A stretch of 64,000 bases of DNA from Octopus vulgaris (lineage: Eukaryota): the NCBI GenBank assembly GCA_951406725.2, contig OX597817.1, positions 77,624,001-77,688,000 on the forward strand, read 5' to 3'. Positions 13,830-27,529 of the stretch are shown in pieces (within the stretch, counting starts at the first letter, position 1; the number at the start of each line of letters is the position of its first letter). Below the pieces are notes generated by a model, which did no database searches, was not told where the DNA came from, and worked only from the letters and a program-made list of their open reading frames with translations. Made by a program: the position numbers and the translations under genes.

Positions 13830-14297
13830 TTTCTACTCTAAGCACAAGGCCCGAAATTTTGAGAGAGGGAACCAGCCGATTAGATCGACCCTAATACGCA
13901 ACTGGTACTTAACTTATCGACCCCGAAAGGATGAAAGGCAAAGTCGACCTTGGTGGAATTTAAACTGAGAATGTAAAGACAGACGAATACCTATTTCTTT
14001 ACTGCCCACAAGGGGCTACACACAGAGGGGACAAACAAGGACAGACAAACGGATTAAGTCGATTATATCGATCCCAGTGCATAACTGGTACTTATTTAAT
14101 CGACCCCGAAAGGATGAAAGGCAAAGTCGACCTCGGTGGAATTTAAACTCAGAATGTAAAGACAGACGAAATACCTATTTCTTTACTGCCCACAAGGGGC
14201 TACACACAGAGGGGACAAACAAGGACAGACAAACGGAATTTGACCTCAGAACGTAGCAGCAGACGAAATACCGCTATGTCTCTGCCAGCTCGCCACT
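13830..14297 (-). mobile_element. SINE family B with repeated body
   Basis: Reverse complement of the 9585 family with a tandemly repeated central unit. Confidence 0.75.
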
Positions 14298-14979
14298 TTA
14301 TATATATATATATATATTTTCTCGAGCCTTAGGTTTTATAATGATGGTCATACAGTTTCCATGGCATACAAGTGACTATATTGTAATCAGTGACAACATT
14401 TTTCGAGAACGGGACACGCCGGTCCATTGCAGTGACAAGGCCAGCTAACACATTCTGTCCAGGTTTTGGGTTTGGTGCTCACTTCCTTCTCACCACCCAT
14501 TAGTCAGAGAAAAGCTGAAATACATAAAGGGCGCTTCCTAATCTCTTTTCCAATTTTAGCCTTTTTCCATAAATAAATAAGCCTCCTTAACTCACGGGCA
14601 CAAGTAGTTTAATCAGACATTTATTTTCCCACCTTCTGAAGACTGTTATCCGATAGGTCCTTTCAACCTGTCGTATCCCATGTCCAAATATTTTGCTTTC
14701 GAAATCTGCCAGTCTCTTTGTCGGCTTTATTTATTTATTTGTTTGTTTGCTTGCTTGCTTGTTTGTTTATTTATTTTGATTCTGTCATAAATCATACCAC
14801 TGACGAGCCAATTCCGACACCCAATACACAAATTCGAAACTTGATCTATTGATCTGCTCTATTCTAAGAATGTTATTAATTTTTAAACCATTCCCCTCTA
14901 CCACCACCACCACCACCACCATCACCACCATCACCACCACCATCACCACCACCACCACCACTATTATGGATCTATATGG

Positions 14980-15260
14980 GAAGGCGTGTGGCCTAGTCGT
15001 TTAGGTGTTGCGCTCACGATCGGGAAATCATTGTTTCGATTCCTCGGATCGGGTAGTGCGTTGTGTTCTTAAGCAAAAAATTATTTCTCCCCCACATTTC
15101 ATGTTTGCTCCAGGTCGCTCAGCTATAAATGTGTTCCAGCAATAACTGGATAGTTAATCCTGTGATTGAACGGCGTTCCGCTCAATGGTGAGTGTCATAA
15201 TCTCGGACACTTATATGCTATGGAAATAGGATTTAGCTCCGGACTCATGAGCCCTAGAGC
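14980..15260 (+). mobile_element. tRNA-derived SINE family C, diverged
   Basis: GGCGTGTGGCCTAGTCG A-box, GTTTCGATTCC B-box, TTGTGTTCTTAAGCAA core; homologous to 28014-28262. Confidence 0.6.
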
Positions 15261-15424
15261 TCATTGTAGAACTATGTTTAAGACTATTAAGTGCAGATGA
15301 GTGCACATACTAAGTTTGGTGGCACATACTAAGTTTGGTTGCGTACGGGGGTCGATGTAATCGGCTGGTCCCCGCCCTACAAAATTTCGGACCTTGTGCC
15401 TAGAGTAGAAAAGATTATTATTAA

Positions 15425-15640
15425 AGCGGTGAGCTGGCAGAATCGTTAGCATGTCAGGCAAAATGCATAGTGACATTTTCTCCGGCTTTACGTTCTCAGT
15501 TCAAATTCAGCCGAAGTCAACTTTGTCTTTCATCCTTTCGGGGTCGATAGAATAAGTATCATTTAAGTACTGGGGTCAATGTAATCGACTAACACCCTCC
15601 CAAAAATTTCAGGCCTTGTGTGTTCTATAGTAGAGAGGAT
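15425..15640 (+). mobile_element. SINE family B
   Basis: Homology to the 9585 head and body. Confidence 0.7.
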
Positions 15641-16053
15641 TAATAATATCTCTATTTGCTTCGAGTACCACAGTTATAAAACTAATTATTTTACGCCTCT
15701 CGAAGTTTCTAGAATCTTCGGATGTACATAAATATTTAAATAATTACAATACAGATACACAGATGAGGCATTGTTACTCCGAGTTCCAGATAAACTCCAA
15801 GGGAAATACTTAATGAGTTGAATTAAATCAAAGCGAACGCGGAGATGTGCCGCTCAGATCGCATTGAGCTACGTCTGATGATTTGAAAACTCAGAGTAGC
15901 ATACTTTGATCGAGTGTCCTTCGAAAAATGGTCTTTCTAACACACATAAACATGCAAGCGTTCATACACGCACACAAACACACACACACATACACACACA
16001 CGCACACACACACACACAAGCGCATGATTGACACATACATAAATACATACATA

Positions 16054-16513
16054 CAGCTCTGGATTAACCCTTTAAACAAAATAAGCACGTATTTAGGGCA
16101 TCAAGGGACTGAGTTACCACAGAAATGAAAATGTTTTACGACACGAAAGAAATCACTTTAAACTTGCTAAAATAATATTCGTAATGCCTTATCTCTACAA
16201 AGTATAGAAGCAGAAGTTTTACGTAAAATTAATTTTAACGATATAATCGAAGACTTCGCAATTAAAATAAAAAAAAAAAAACCAAAGAAAAAACTTTTCA
16301 AATGTAAATAAAGTGGAAGTATACAAAAATAAATATTATTTTCCATCTTACTGTTAGCTTTGTTTCATTTTAGAAAATAAAAAAATTATTTTATGCTTTA
16401 TTATTTTTTACATTTTGAATTATTTTTGTTTACATTTTGAACCATTTACATGTACTTGAGGGCACCAAAACCTTTTAAGCGCTTAGGGCTTTATGAGTCT
16501 TAATCCGGCCCTG
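16054..16513 (+). mobile_element. Internally deleted hAT (Tip100-like) transposon
   Basis: 3' TIR TTAATCCGGCCCTG, degenerate 5' TIR CAGCTCTGGATTAA, near-identical 8-bp flanks CATACATA/CATAAATA; retains NALSLQSIEAEVLRKINFNDIIEDFAIK, like the hAT C-terminal dimerisation region. Confidence 0.7.
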
Positions 16514-16775
16514 CATAAATACATACATACATACATACATACATACATACATACATACATACATACATACATACACACACACATGAGTGAGTAGACAAAC
16601 GAAAGGAATTAGCAGTCAATATATTTTCTAGGGGTTACATATATTTTCTTTCCATAACAGTTTGACTCATGTGACTCAAACTTTCTTCAGTGCGTAGGAC
16701 GCGTCCATCTCATCACAAACTGTACACACACACACGCACATGTGTGCATGTGTATAAATATCTATTTATATATTA

Positions 16776-16818
<43 letters not shown>

Positions 16819-17998
16819 TGTGTGTGGTACGTATGTTCCTTATGGATTAAGAAACTGACATGCGGATTGTGACATATGAGGTATCAAAAGATTCAGTAAT
16901 CTTTAGGCTACCAAATGAAATATGTTTTTTGCACAACAGTTCTTTTTTACTACAAAAATAACCTCGGAAACGATGTCGGGTCGCACAATTTTGAGGTCAT
17001 TTTCGGGTAATATTTAGACTTGCTTCTAATCTACATTGCCAATATTAATGTTTTTGGTGCCAACAAATGTAGCAATGTACAAGGAGCGTTATGAGTGCAT
17101 TTGAGATGCACAAAATCCTGATTGTCAACAGAGGATAACCAAAAAACATGCCTATTGGGAACAATTATTGGCACATTTTCCGTCAATAATGGCCTTTGTT
17201 CTACAACTAAACTGCCAATGTGAACGCCTTCAGCATTCCATGATTAAACAATATCATTGAAGTATTGTGATACCATTTTTTCCACAAAGCCCTATTTTTC
17301 AACAGAAAATTGACTAATGGACCGTGTTCTGGCATAACTGCGATCGTTTCTAGCATTAAATTTTGTTGGTAGCAAACGACTCAGAAATGTCAAAGGAGCT
17401 ATCTCGGGTTTAAATTCAATAAAATTTCCCCAAGGATTAAGCATAGTAAGAACGTATATTCGTTCAAGTGTGGTAAAGACGTGAAGCAATGACTAAAACT
17501 TTTCAAGCTTTTTTGCCTTTAACATATTTCTCTTTATTCAGCCAAAATTATGCAAAGCTGCTTATCGTTATTTGCATATATTCATGCCTATTATTCATTC
17601 TATAAGCCGTAAAGTTCGTAAGGGTTTTGCTATAATTTCCCTATTTTTCACAGTGGCTGAGCGTATACTACAAGCCGGGTGGTGTGATGGAAAGCCAGTG
17701 TCTGACCTGATAACCTCAGCGAGGATGACAACAACACCGCGCATCTATGCGAGAGCAAATTAAGGTCACATACACACGAGTCCCCCCACAGTGCGTGTCC
17801 CTTCACAGATGCACACCGTATTCACTGACTGGTACAATTTCAAATCAATTTTTCCTCATCGGAGACATGTACTGCAATACCAGTTGGTCGTGATGTGATT
17901 GTTATCACCGATCCGGGTTATGTATGTATCTATGCACGTATGTGGATATGTATATATTTATGCGTGTGTGGTCCTTCTATCTACTTAGATATCTGGAC

Positions 17999-18035
<37 letters not shown>

Positions 18036-18483
18036 TACGGCAAAAAAAAAGGTTTGAAATACTGTTATCCACATTGTCATTTGCAGGAGATAGTGAAAAA
18101 AATTTCATCATAGTTGTTCGTGCATTTGTTTCCGTTTTCTCTTGTATTAACTTCTTGGTACATTGATTTACGTGTTGAGGAAACCATCTTAATCAAGAAA
18201 ACAGAGAAAGCTCAATGAGGTAAAGCTAGTCAGTAACACAATGTTTATCACGTGCTGAGAAGAATTCTTTGGTCGGGTGAAGCGGACCGCGGGTGCACAC
18301 CAGTTCGACCTAAATAAAATTCTAACTGGGCCTCATCTGCGATGTCATGCGCTGTCGCTCACATATGGTTGTGGTGCATGTGCCTAGTGTACCCTTATCA
18401 GACGGGTCGTCATGATGGGTATAGTGTGCTTCGTATATTTGTACACCAGTGTCACTTTGATGGCGTGCCCTGCTCTCTCACTC

Positions 18484-18568
<85 letters not shown>

Positions 18569-18613
18569 GTAATAATAATAATAATAATGATAGTAATAAT
18601 AATAATAATAATC

Positions 18614-18651
<38 letters not shown>

Positions 18652-18652
18652 T
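18484..18652. repeat. (AAT)n microsatellite
   Basis: Seen directly. Confidence 0.95.
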
Positions 18653-19092
18653 ATAGGTACTTGGGTCGATTCGTTCAACTAGAATTCCTCCAGGGGGCGC
18701 CTTAGCATGGCCGTAGTAAATGGCTGAAACAAGTAAGAGATAAAAAAAATATGCTTCTCAACATCAGCTTAGATCAGTGAGAACAGGCTCTCTGCGTGAA
18801 GGGTTTAGCTGGAACGGTCTTGCTACTAAACCAAAGGTTCAGATCTTCCTCTGAACACGATTGCTCGCCTAGGAATGTGTGGACAAGTGCCTGAAGAGCG
18901 TGGGCTATGTGCGTCGCTCAGTGGCAGGTATCTATAACCTCTATACAAACTTTGCGTCTGTGACTATGTATGCATGCTCAATAAAGCAATATCCTACCCT
19001 ATATTGTATGAATTTTCTGCGCATGTGTGTATTCGTATACTTTATACATACATGCATAGATATATTTATAAATACCTTCCCCCATATATGTC

Positions 19093-19230
<138 letters not shown>

Positions 19231-19486
19231 TAAACGTTCGAAATGCGGAGTAGATAAAACAGGGGACAACTAATGAAGGGATTGTTCTTTATGTTGCCCG
19301 TCTCGTTTCTCGATTTGTTTCTTTTGTTGTTCGAAAAATAGTTCGTTTTCCATGTTTTAGTTTCTTCATGTTCTCGTTTTTCACGATGTTCACGTTTTTT
19401 TGACGTCCTGTACCCATATATGCATGTGTATATACACATATATGTTGGCATGTACACGTACGTATGTATATATGCATATATATATA

Positions 19487-19537
<51 letters not shown>

Positions 19538-19669
19538 TATATATATATTTATGATGATCCGGTTCTTGACTGAAGATTAGAGGCTTCGAAAGACCCGTCC
19601 ATTTTTTGTGTCGTCTATTTGAGTGTTTTGCGTTCTTGTCCCATTTTGTATTTTTATATATATTTTTTA

Positions 19670-19758
<89 letters not shown>

Positions 19759-20202
19759 TTAGATATATATGTTAATGTTTGAATGTTGTAGTTACCAGTT
19801 TATGTATATGTGTGTGTGTGTATGAATATATGCTTTTATAAATATACATATATCCTTCTACATGTATATATATTTAGATATATTTATGATATAGATGCAT
19901 GTGCATTTATGTATACATATAGAAATGCATGTGCATCTATGTTTGTGCGCTCGCGCGCGTGTTTGTGTGCAGAGCGGTTGCTGGAAAGTCCCAGGCTTTG
20001 GGTAAAAGAAAATACAGGAGGATCAGTTAATTAGGATTTTATTCAACGTATTCCCCGCTCAGATTTACATACTTATTTTCTGTAGAACTCGGAAGGTTGG
20101 ACCTCCAGCTAGGAGGCCTTTCTAGAAAACCTTAAAGCCAGGATCCTTTCAGCATCTCTTTGCACAAATATACGTATGAATGTTTGCAACTATGTATACA
20201 TA

Positions 20203-20520
20203 TAAAGGACTGACCACTAAAAGTGGACGGTCAACATGCTAGATATAGACGTCAAATCGCTATTTTCCACAAATATTTCGTATATTTTCATTTGTCTTGT
20301 TTATTTTTAATGCTTTGGTTCGTGCTGGATTTTTATTTGAGAACATATTCTTTGTGGAAAATAGAGATTTGACGTCTATATCTAGCATGTTGACCGTCCA
20401 CTTTTAGTGGTCAGTCCTTTAAATTTTGTATGTAAAAATATTTTAATCTTCGGATTTTTTAATATGCTAGGCCACTGGTTTTAATTGATTAATATCAATT
20501 TCTACCCTTATCAAATTTTA
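20203..20520. mobile_element. Fold-back repeat (family F1)
   Basis: About 70-bp arms at 20203-20273 and 20351-20421 with one mismatch; the single-copy flank matches 57292-57392 inverted. Confidence 0.75.
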
Positions 20521-21029
20521 TGTATACATATATGTAAGAATATTTATGTATGTATGTGTGTGTGTGTGTGTGTGCGTATAAATACAAACATATATTCTAA
20601 GCTATAATAATCACAATAATTACTATTTTTATTTAAAATTGTTGTTGTTATTACTGTTACCTACCTCCAGCCCAATCCTGGTCAACTTGAAGCAAGTACC
20701 ATCTCCGCATTAAATTAATAATCATAATGAAAAAGGAAACAAAAAAGAAAAAAAAACAAAACAAAAAAACTCGATGATAAAATGATTTGAACGAGATTTG
20801 GCTGCTATTTCTAGCACTTCCATCGGACGCGCATTCGGAAACACCTACGTTAGCTCGATAGCTGTTTGTTGTTTGAAGTTAGCTTAATGTGATTTCGTGT
20901 GACTGTGTGTTTGATCCAGGGAGCGGAAAGACTCGCACACGCGACAGACATATAGTGTCTGTTTCTGCATGAAATGAAGTGTAAAATATAACACACACAC
21001 ACACACACACACACTTGTATCGCACTGTT

Positions 21030-21620
21030 GTGTTGGAGAATTGATAGAAGCGTTAGTGCGTCGACGGGGTTTTGAGTTCAAATCCTGCCTACGTTAACTT
21101 TGTCTTTTATCCGTCTGGGGTCAATAAAATAAAAAATTAACAGTGTAGGGCAGTGAAGTGACACAGTCGTTAGTGCTTCGGACAGGATACCCGTAGTATG
21201 TATACCAATGTTTTACGTTCTGAGTTCAAATCTTGCAGAGGTCAACTTTACCTTTTACCGTTCGAGGTTCGATAAAATAAAAATTAACAGTGTAAGGTAG
21301 TGGATTAGTGGAATCGTTAGAGCTACGGACCGGATACCTAATAGTGTTTATTCCATCGTTTTACGTTCTGAGTTCAAATCTCGACGAGGTTAGCTTAAAT
21401 TTTCATCCATCCGGGTTCTGTAAAATAGAGAATCGTGGGAAGTAAGTATTCTGGCAGAATCGTCAGAGCATCAGACAGGATACCTTGAGCTGTTTGTTCC
21501 AGAACAATTCCGTTCTGGGTTCTACTTCCACGGGGCTCAGCATTCTTCTATGATGTCTTGGGGTGTTTGTTCGAACTGTTTGCATTTTGCGTTCAAATCC
21601 CTGCGTGGTCCACTTGTATG
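21030..21620 (+). repeat. Tandem array of degenerate SINE-B head units (period about 130-150 bp)
   Basis: Recurrent CGTTAG ... (C)GTTCTGAGTTCAAATC ... ATAAAATAAAAATTAACAGTGTA units, 4-5 copies. Confidence 0.7.
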
Positions 21621-22378
21621 GTAGACTTAATTCGTAAACTAGTTTAGTACCATTCTAGTTCTTGATAAGTCCCTTCACCACTAGCGTAGCTAGAGTATGT
21701 GCCGCCCGGGGCAGCCCTTCCGTTTGCCACCCCCGGACTCAACAAAAAACCACATATTACCTACAGCAGACCCCAAAATACCGCCCCTTTAAAAGTGAAG
21801 CCCGGGGCGGACTGTCCTACCTACCTACGCTAGTGCTTTTTACCAAAATTCACTTTACTGTGAGAATTCGGGTCAGTATCTTAGTATGAAGGCACCTTCC
21901 ACAATTACTTCTACCGTCTCAGAGGTGATGGGCACTGCCCTTCCTTCTGACTAAAGAGTAAAAAGAAATCAATTTGAAAGAAAACAAATGCAATACAATT
22001 ACAAAAACACTCAAGAAAGCATCCATATCAGGCATCGGGTATATTTTTCGAGAGGTGGGCCGCATGAGAAATGACCCATCCTCAGGCGGGCCACACCATT
22101 AAAAACATTCAAGGTCAATTTGCGTTAAGCGTGCCATTCAACAAGTCTTGTGGAACGCAGTTCTGCATCATCGGTCGAACTGCTAGAAATAGCAACCAAA
22201 TATTACTCATATCAAAGACGTCATCTGATGAGAGATATGAGAGATATTGGTGTCAAGAAGACCCACAGGTGCCAGGTAATGCTGAGTAAGTGCTATGGAA
22301 AGACAATAGCTAAGCTCCAGGTTCCATAATGATACGAATGAGGAGTCCAACGCAGGTCGTGTATTAGTATATAATAAT

Positions 22379-22476
22379 TTAACAGAATGAGATAAAAAAA
22401 ATCCAAGGCTGTGAATAGTTTTCAGAATGTTCTAGAAATTATTCACAGCCTTAGATTCTTTTTCTCATTTTGTTAA
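22379..22476. repeat. Imperfect palindrome next to a TA run
   Basis: TTAACAGAATGAGA...AAGGCTGTGAATA against TATTCACAGCCTT...TCTCATTTTGTTAA. Confidence 0.7.
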
Positions 22477-22486
22477 TATATATATA

Positions 22487-22883
22487 CTAGCAGTATCGCC
22501 CGGCGTTGCTCGGGTTTGTAAGGGAAATAACTATATGAGCATTTTTAGAGATGTAAAGTATAATAGCCATCTCAATATGGCTAACAACAAAGGTTGGGGT
22601 GTTACTCTAGCTTTTTATGTTCTGAGATTTAATAATAAATTTTCAGAGAGTTACTTCCCAAAAATATGCCAAAAATGCATTAAAAATGGGAAAAATTGAC
22701 GGTAAATTTTTTTTTAAATCGTAGACTCATCGTAGACGCGCGCTAATATCCAGAAGGGCTCGATATGAATCACGACTATAAGATACCCGGTTTTGGTTAA
22801 ACTGCACCGCAAAATGTGGGAGTAGTTAGGAATCTAAATCGTAGGAGACAGACAGTACACAACCTCACTTTTATATATAAAGA
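22487..22883 (-). mobile_element. Non-autonomous Helitron
   Basis: Same 3' hairpin and CTAG end as 13445-13739, on the minus strand; A/T insertion site. Confidence 0.8.
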
Positions 22884-22887
22884 TATA

Positions 22888-23124
22888 CTCTCTTTTTACC
22901 CTCTTTTACTTGTTTCAGTCATTTGACTGCGGCCATGCTGGAGTACCGCCTTTTAGTCGAGCAAATCAACCCCAGGTCTTATTCTTTGTAAGCCTAGTAC
23001 TTATTCTATCGGTCTCTTTTGCCGAACCGCTAAGTAACGGGGGCCTAAACATACCAGCATCGGTTGTCAAGCGATGTTGGGGGGACTAACACAGACACAC
23101 AAACACACATATATATACACACAC

Positions 23125-23206
<82 letters not shown>

Positions 23207-23953
23207 CGACAGGCTTCTTTCAGTTTCTGTCTACCAAATCCACTCACAAGGCTTTGGTCGGCCCGTGGCTATAGTAGAAGGCACTTTCCCAAGGTACCAC
23301 GCAGTGGGACTGAACCCGGAACAGTGTGGTTGGTAAGCAGGCTACTTACCACACAGCCACTCCTGCGCTTATATATATACTCTTTTATTTGTTTCAGTCA
23401 TTTGACTGCGGCCGTGCTGGAGCACCACCTTTAGTCGAGCAAATCGACCCCGGGACTTATTCTTTGTAAGCCCAGTACTTATTCTATCGGTCTCTTTTGC
23501 CGAACCGCTAAGTGACAGGGACGTAAACACACCAGCATCGGTTGTCAAGCGATGTTGGGGAGGGGAACAAACATAGACACACAAACATATACGCACACAT
23601 ACATGTATATATATATACATATATACGACGGGCTTCTTTCAGTTTCCGTCTACCAAATCCACTCACAAGGCTTTGGTCGGCCCGGGTCTATAGCAGAAGA
23701 CACTTGCCCAAGATGCCACGCAGTGGGACTGAACCCGGAACCATGTGGTTGGTTAGCAAGCTACTTTACCACACAGCCATTCCTGCGCATGCTGGAGCAC
23801 CGCCTTTAGTCGAGCAAATCGACCCCGGGACTTTTTCTTTGTAAGCCTAGTACTTATTCTATCGGTCTCTTTTACCGAACCGCTAAGTTATGGGCGTAAA
23901 CACACTAGCATCGGTTGTCAAGCGATGCTAGGGGGACAAAACACAAATACATG

Positions 23954-24018
<65 letters not shown>

Positions 24019-24347
24019 GACAGGCTTCTTTCAGTCGTATATATGCCATATATATATATATAAAGGTATTGGTCGGCCCGGGGTTATAGCACTTGCCCAA
24101 GATGCCACGCAGTGGGACTGAACCCGGAACCATGTGGTTGGTTAGCAAGCTACTTACCACACAGCCATTCCTGCGCATGCATATATACGACGGGCTTCTT
24201 TCAGTTTCCGTCTACCAAATCCACTCACAAGGCTTTGCCCGGCCCGAGGCTATAGTAGAAGACACTTGCCCAAGGTACCATGCAGTGGGACTGAACCCAG
24301 AACCATGTGGTTGGTAAGCAAGCTACTTACCACACAGCCATGCCTAC
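22888..24347 (-). mobile_element. Head-to-tail cluster of about four SINE family A copies
   Basis: Repeated full and partial family A units, all in one orientation. Confidence 0.85.
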
Positions 24348-24430
24348 GACTGCATAGGGACGTAAAACAAATAGCGAGAACTTTAAGGCGCGTGCTACAA
24401 AACCCTTCTCATTGTGTATGTGTGTGTATA

Positions 24431-25536
24431 TATTGAATCATCCCATAAATAATGCGTTTTTTCATACATCTTTTACTTTTCAAAATTAAGATAATCAAAG
24501 TTCTTTTTTAAAATAAAATATACTCTCCTTCATTTTTTACAATGCCCTTCCATCTGTCTGGTAGACTTGCAAGGCCCCTCTTCCAAAATTGACTTGTCCG
24601 TGACGAAAAATACTCCTCTAGTACTGTTCTGACCTCGTGTACAAAATTCATATTTTTTTCCGTCCAAATGATTTTGAAGACTGCGGAGTAAATGATAATG
24701 AGATGGGACAATGTCCACCGAATATTGTGGGTGGGGCATCGTTTCCCATACAAACTGCTCCAGTCTTTGGAATGTCATCTACGCTGTACGTGGCCGAGCA
24801 TTATGCTGATGGAAGAACACTTTTCGTCTTGACACCTAAGATGGTCGCTTTCCGATGGTACGCAGGTGCCGATGAATGTTTAAATAACCAAATCCAAGCT
24901 TCTTTGCTAGTTCCTCAACACTTACAATATGGTTTGCAAGACGTCCACGTCGAGCTCTAGAGATCTTCCAGAAGGCTCGTCTTCTAGGCTGTAGTTTCTG
25001 GCTCGGAATTTCTGGGACCACCGTTGACACTTTGCGCTTATTTTCCAATCCCCGTATACTGCATTAATATTCATCGCACTTTGTGTTGTGCTGTTGCCTT
25101 TATTGAGCTCATAAAGCAAAATATACCGAACATGCTCTTTTGTCACTTCCATTATAGCTTTCAAATAAGCGGCGAGCAGGCAGAAACGTTAGCACGCCGG
25201 GCGAAATGCGTGTTTAGCTCCTTGAGGGTAGTAAAGAAATAGGTATTTCGTCTGACGTTACGTTCTGAGTTCAAATTCCGCCGAGGTCGACTTTGCCTTT
25301 CATCCTTTCGGAGTCGATAAAATAAGTACCAGTTGCGTACTGGGGGCGATCTAATTGACTGCACCCACCTCCCTCAAAATTTCGGACCATGTGCCTAGAG
25401 TAGAAAAAGAGCATAGCTTTCAAAAAATAACTGTTAAAATCGAACTGCACTTTTCAGAACTTGCACTAAGAATAATTACAAGGTAAAATCAATTCCTGCG
25501 TTTATAGCAGGCTGATGCAGATAGTTTATCCCGTAC

Positions 25537-25541
<5 letters not shown>
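24431..25541 (-). pseudogene. Decayed mariner transposon (Mos1/SETMAR-like transposase remnant)
   Basis: EHVRYILLYELNKG...INAVYGD...WSQKFRARNYSLEDEP (HTH region), WETMPHPQYSVDIVPSHYHL (YSPDL-type motif) and FWKRGLASLPDRW; frameshifted and internally deleted. Confidence 0.85.
25166..25412 (+). mobile_element. SINE family B inserted in the mariner
   Basis: 12-bp TSD ATAGCTTTCAAA at 25154-25165 and 25413-25424. Confidence 0.85.
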
Positions 25542-25574
<33 letters not shown>

Positions 25575-25580
<6 letters not shown>

Positions 25581-25882
25581 TAAGAGAGTGGTCACTATAT
25601 TGCTCACTCTAGCACCAGTTAATCCAAAAGGTTTCAACCACGAAAATACATGCTTACCATGAAAGTCAGTACGATTGTTAGCTCACACCGCGTGTGTATC
25701 GTTGGCGATTTTCTATCTCCGTCTTCCCTTTCTTGGACTTTTCCTTTTTATATGTTTCTGACGTAGAGCTCCGCTCGAAACGTTAGATCCTCCTTCTTTC
25801 TTTCCTTCCCTGAGTGTCCAATAACACTATACTTGCTCCACGTTCTCGCGTTGTTGTGTTTTCTCTTTGTTCATGTTTGGAT

Positions 25883-25887
<5 letters not shown>
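25575..25887 (+). mobile_element. Hammerhead-bearing repeat family H1 between (TA)n tracts
   Basis: Motif GTTT-CTGACGT-A-GAGC-TCC-GCTC-GAAACGTT-AGAT at 25754-25788. Confidence 0.7.
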
Positions 25888-25928
<41 letters not shown>

Positions 25929-25962
25929 CATACATAAATGCATACATACATACATACATACA

Positions 25963-25996
<34 letters not shown>

Positions 25997-26416
25997 CATA
26001 CGTACATACATACATACATACATACATACATACATACATACATACATACATACATACATACATACATACATACATACATGTATAGGCATGTGTGTGTGTA
26101 CGCAAATGTTTGTGTTTCAGTCTGTAAACGTAGATGAAACTATATAAGCACACACATGAAAAGATTTTAGAGATTGAACAACCCGTACACAGATGTCATG
26201 CCTTATGTATACCGTATTTTACAGAGGAGGAAATAAACATATAAAGATTCAAAAATTAACAAAAGACAATACAAAAGCAAATTGAGAGAGAAATCTCTAT
26301 TTAATGTAGCATACATTTTATATCACTCTTAACAACAATCCATCAATGCCTGAAGTGTATCTAGTCTGTCGTATGTATTGTTTACAAATTACGAGTGGCT
26401 TGGATTGTTACATACA

Positions 26417-26810
26417 CTAGCAGTATCGCCCGGCGTTGCTCGGGCTTGTTTCGACCCTTTAGAATTGGAATTTTTGAAAAATTAAAAGTTTTGCGTTATG
26501 TAGCTTGTTATTCTCTTTAAGTGAACATTTTTCTGGTTGAAATACACCGAAAAATGGCGACACAGCAATCAAAAAATCGTAAAAAAATAGGGATTTTCAT
26601 AGAAAAAAAGCACCTTTTTGATGAAAATAATTTTTGGTGTTAACATGGTCCGATTTGAATTTTGTCTTCTACGGAATGAAGAGCAAGCCTTCTTCTATCA
26701 TACTCTCAATTTTGGTCAACTTGCGCCGGTGGGCCTCGGAGGAAATAATGTTAGTTGAAAGCTACCAAACCTGCCATACACAGACAACTTCAGCTTTATA
26801 TATATAGAGA
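26417..26810 (-). mobile_element. Non-autonomous Helitron
   Basis: Same terminal hairpin and CTAG; 5' TCTCTATATAT; different internal sequence. Confidence 0.8.
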
Positions 26811-26814
26811 TATA

Positions 26815-27075
26815 CAAGGTTGGCTAAAAGTCACCCGACAGTAAATCGAAATCTCATAAATACTTAATATTAAATTTTATTTATTAATTCCAATTATGAC
26901 TGTTTAATAATTGAATGCTGTGAGTTAAAATCACCATTTTAAAAAAAATTCTTCCAGCATTTGTCTATTTATTAGCGAAGTCTCATATAAAATAATTTTT
27001 TTTGTTTTAAATAATTTTTCTTGCAATCATATGGGGTTTTTTTATTTACTGTCAGGTGACTTTTGGCCAACCCTG
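26815..27075. mobile_element. Tc1/mariner-type MITE
   Basis: TIRs CAAGGTTGGCTAAAAGTCACCCGACAGTAAAT / ATTTACTGTCAGGTGACTTTTGGCCAACCCTG; TA flanks. Confidence 0.8.
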
Positions 27076-27529
27076 TATAGGAATTTTTGGACATACGCAT
27101 ATGCGTATCTTTTATCTGATACTTATTTCAGTCATTAGGTTGCGGCCATGCTGGGGCACCGCCTTGACGAGTTTTTAGTCGAACGAATCGAAGTCAGTAC
27201 TTATTTATTTTTAAATCCTGGTACTTATTCTATCGTATCTCTTTTGCCAAATTGCTAAGTTACGGGGACGTAAACAAACCAACACTCGTTGTCAAGCATA
27301 GTTGGGAGACATACATAATACTATACATACATACATACATACAGATGCGGATTACCAAATCCACTCACAAGACTTTGGTATAGTAGAAGACATTTGCTCA
27401 AGGTGCCACGCAGTGGGACTGACCCCGGAACCTTGTGGTTGGGAAGCAAACTTATCATATAGCCACGTCTGCTTCAATACATACAGCTATTTACACACAC
27501 ATACACAAACACTCACAAACGCACGCACA

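Noticed and set aside
14800-14846. CTGACGA...GAAAC candidate
   Set aside because: No valid stem III, UH site or stem I
21030-21620. Repeat-spacer appearance suggesting CRISPR
   Set aside because: Units are long, degenerate and SINE-derived, the context is eukaryotic and there are no cas genes
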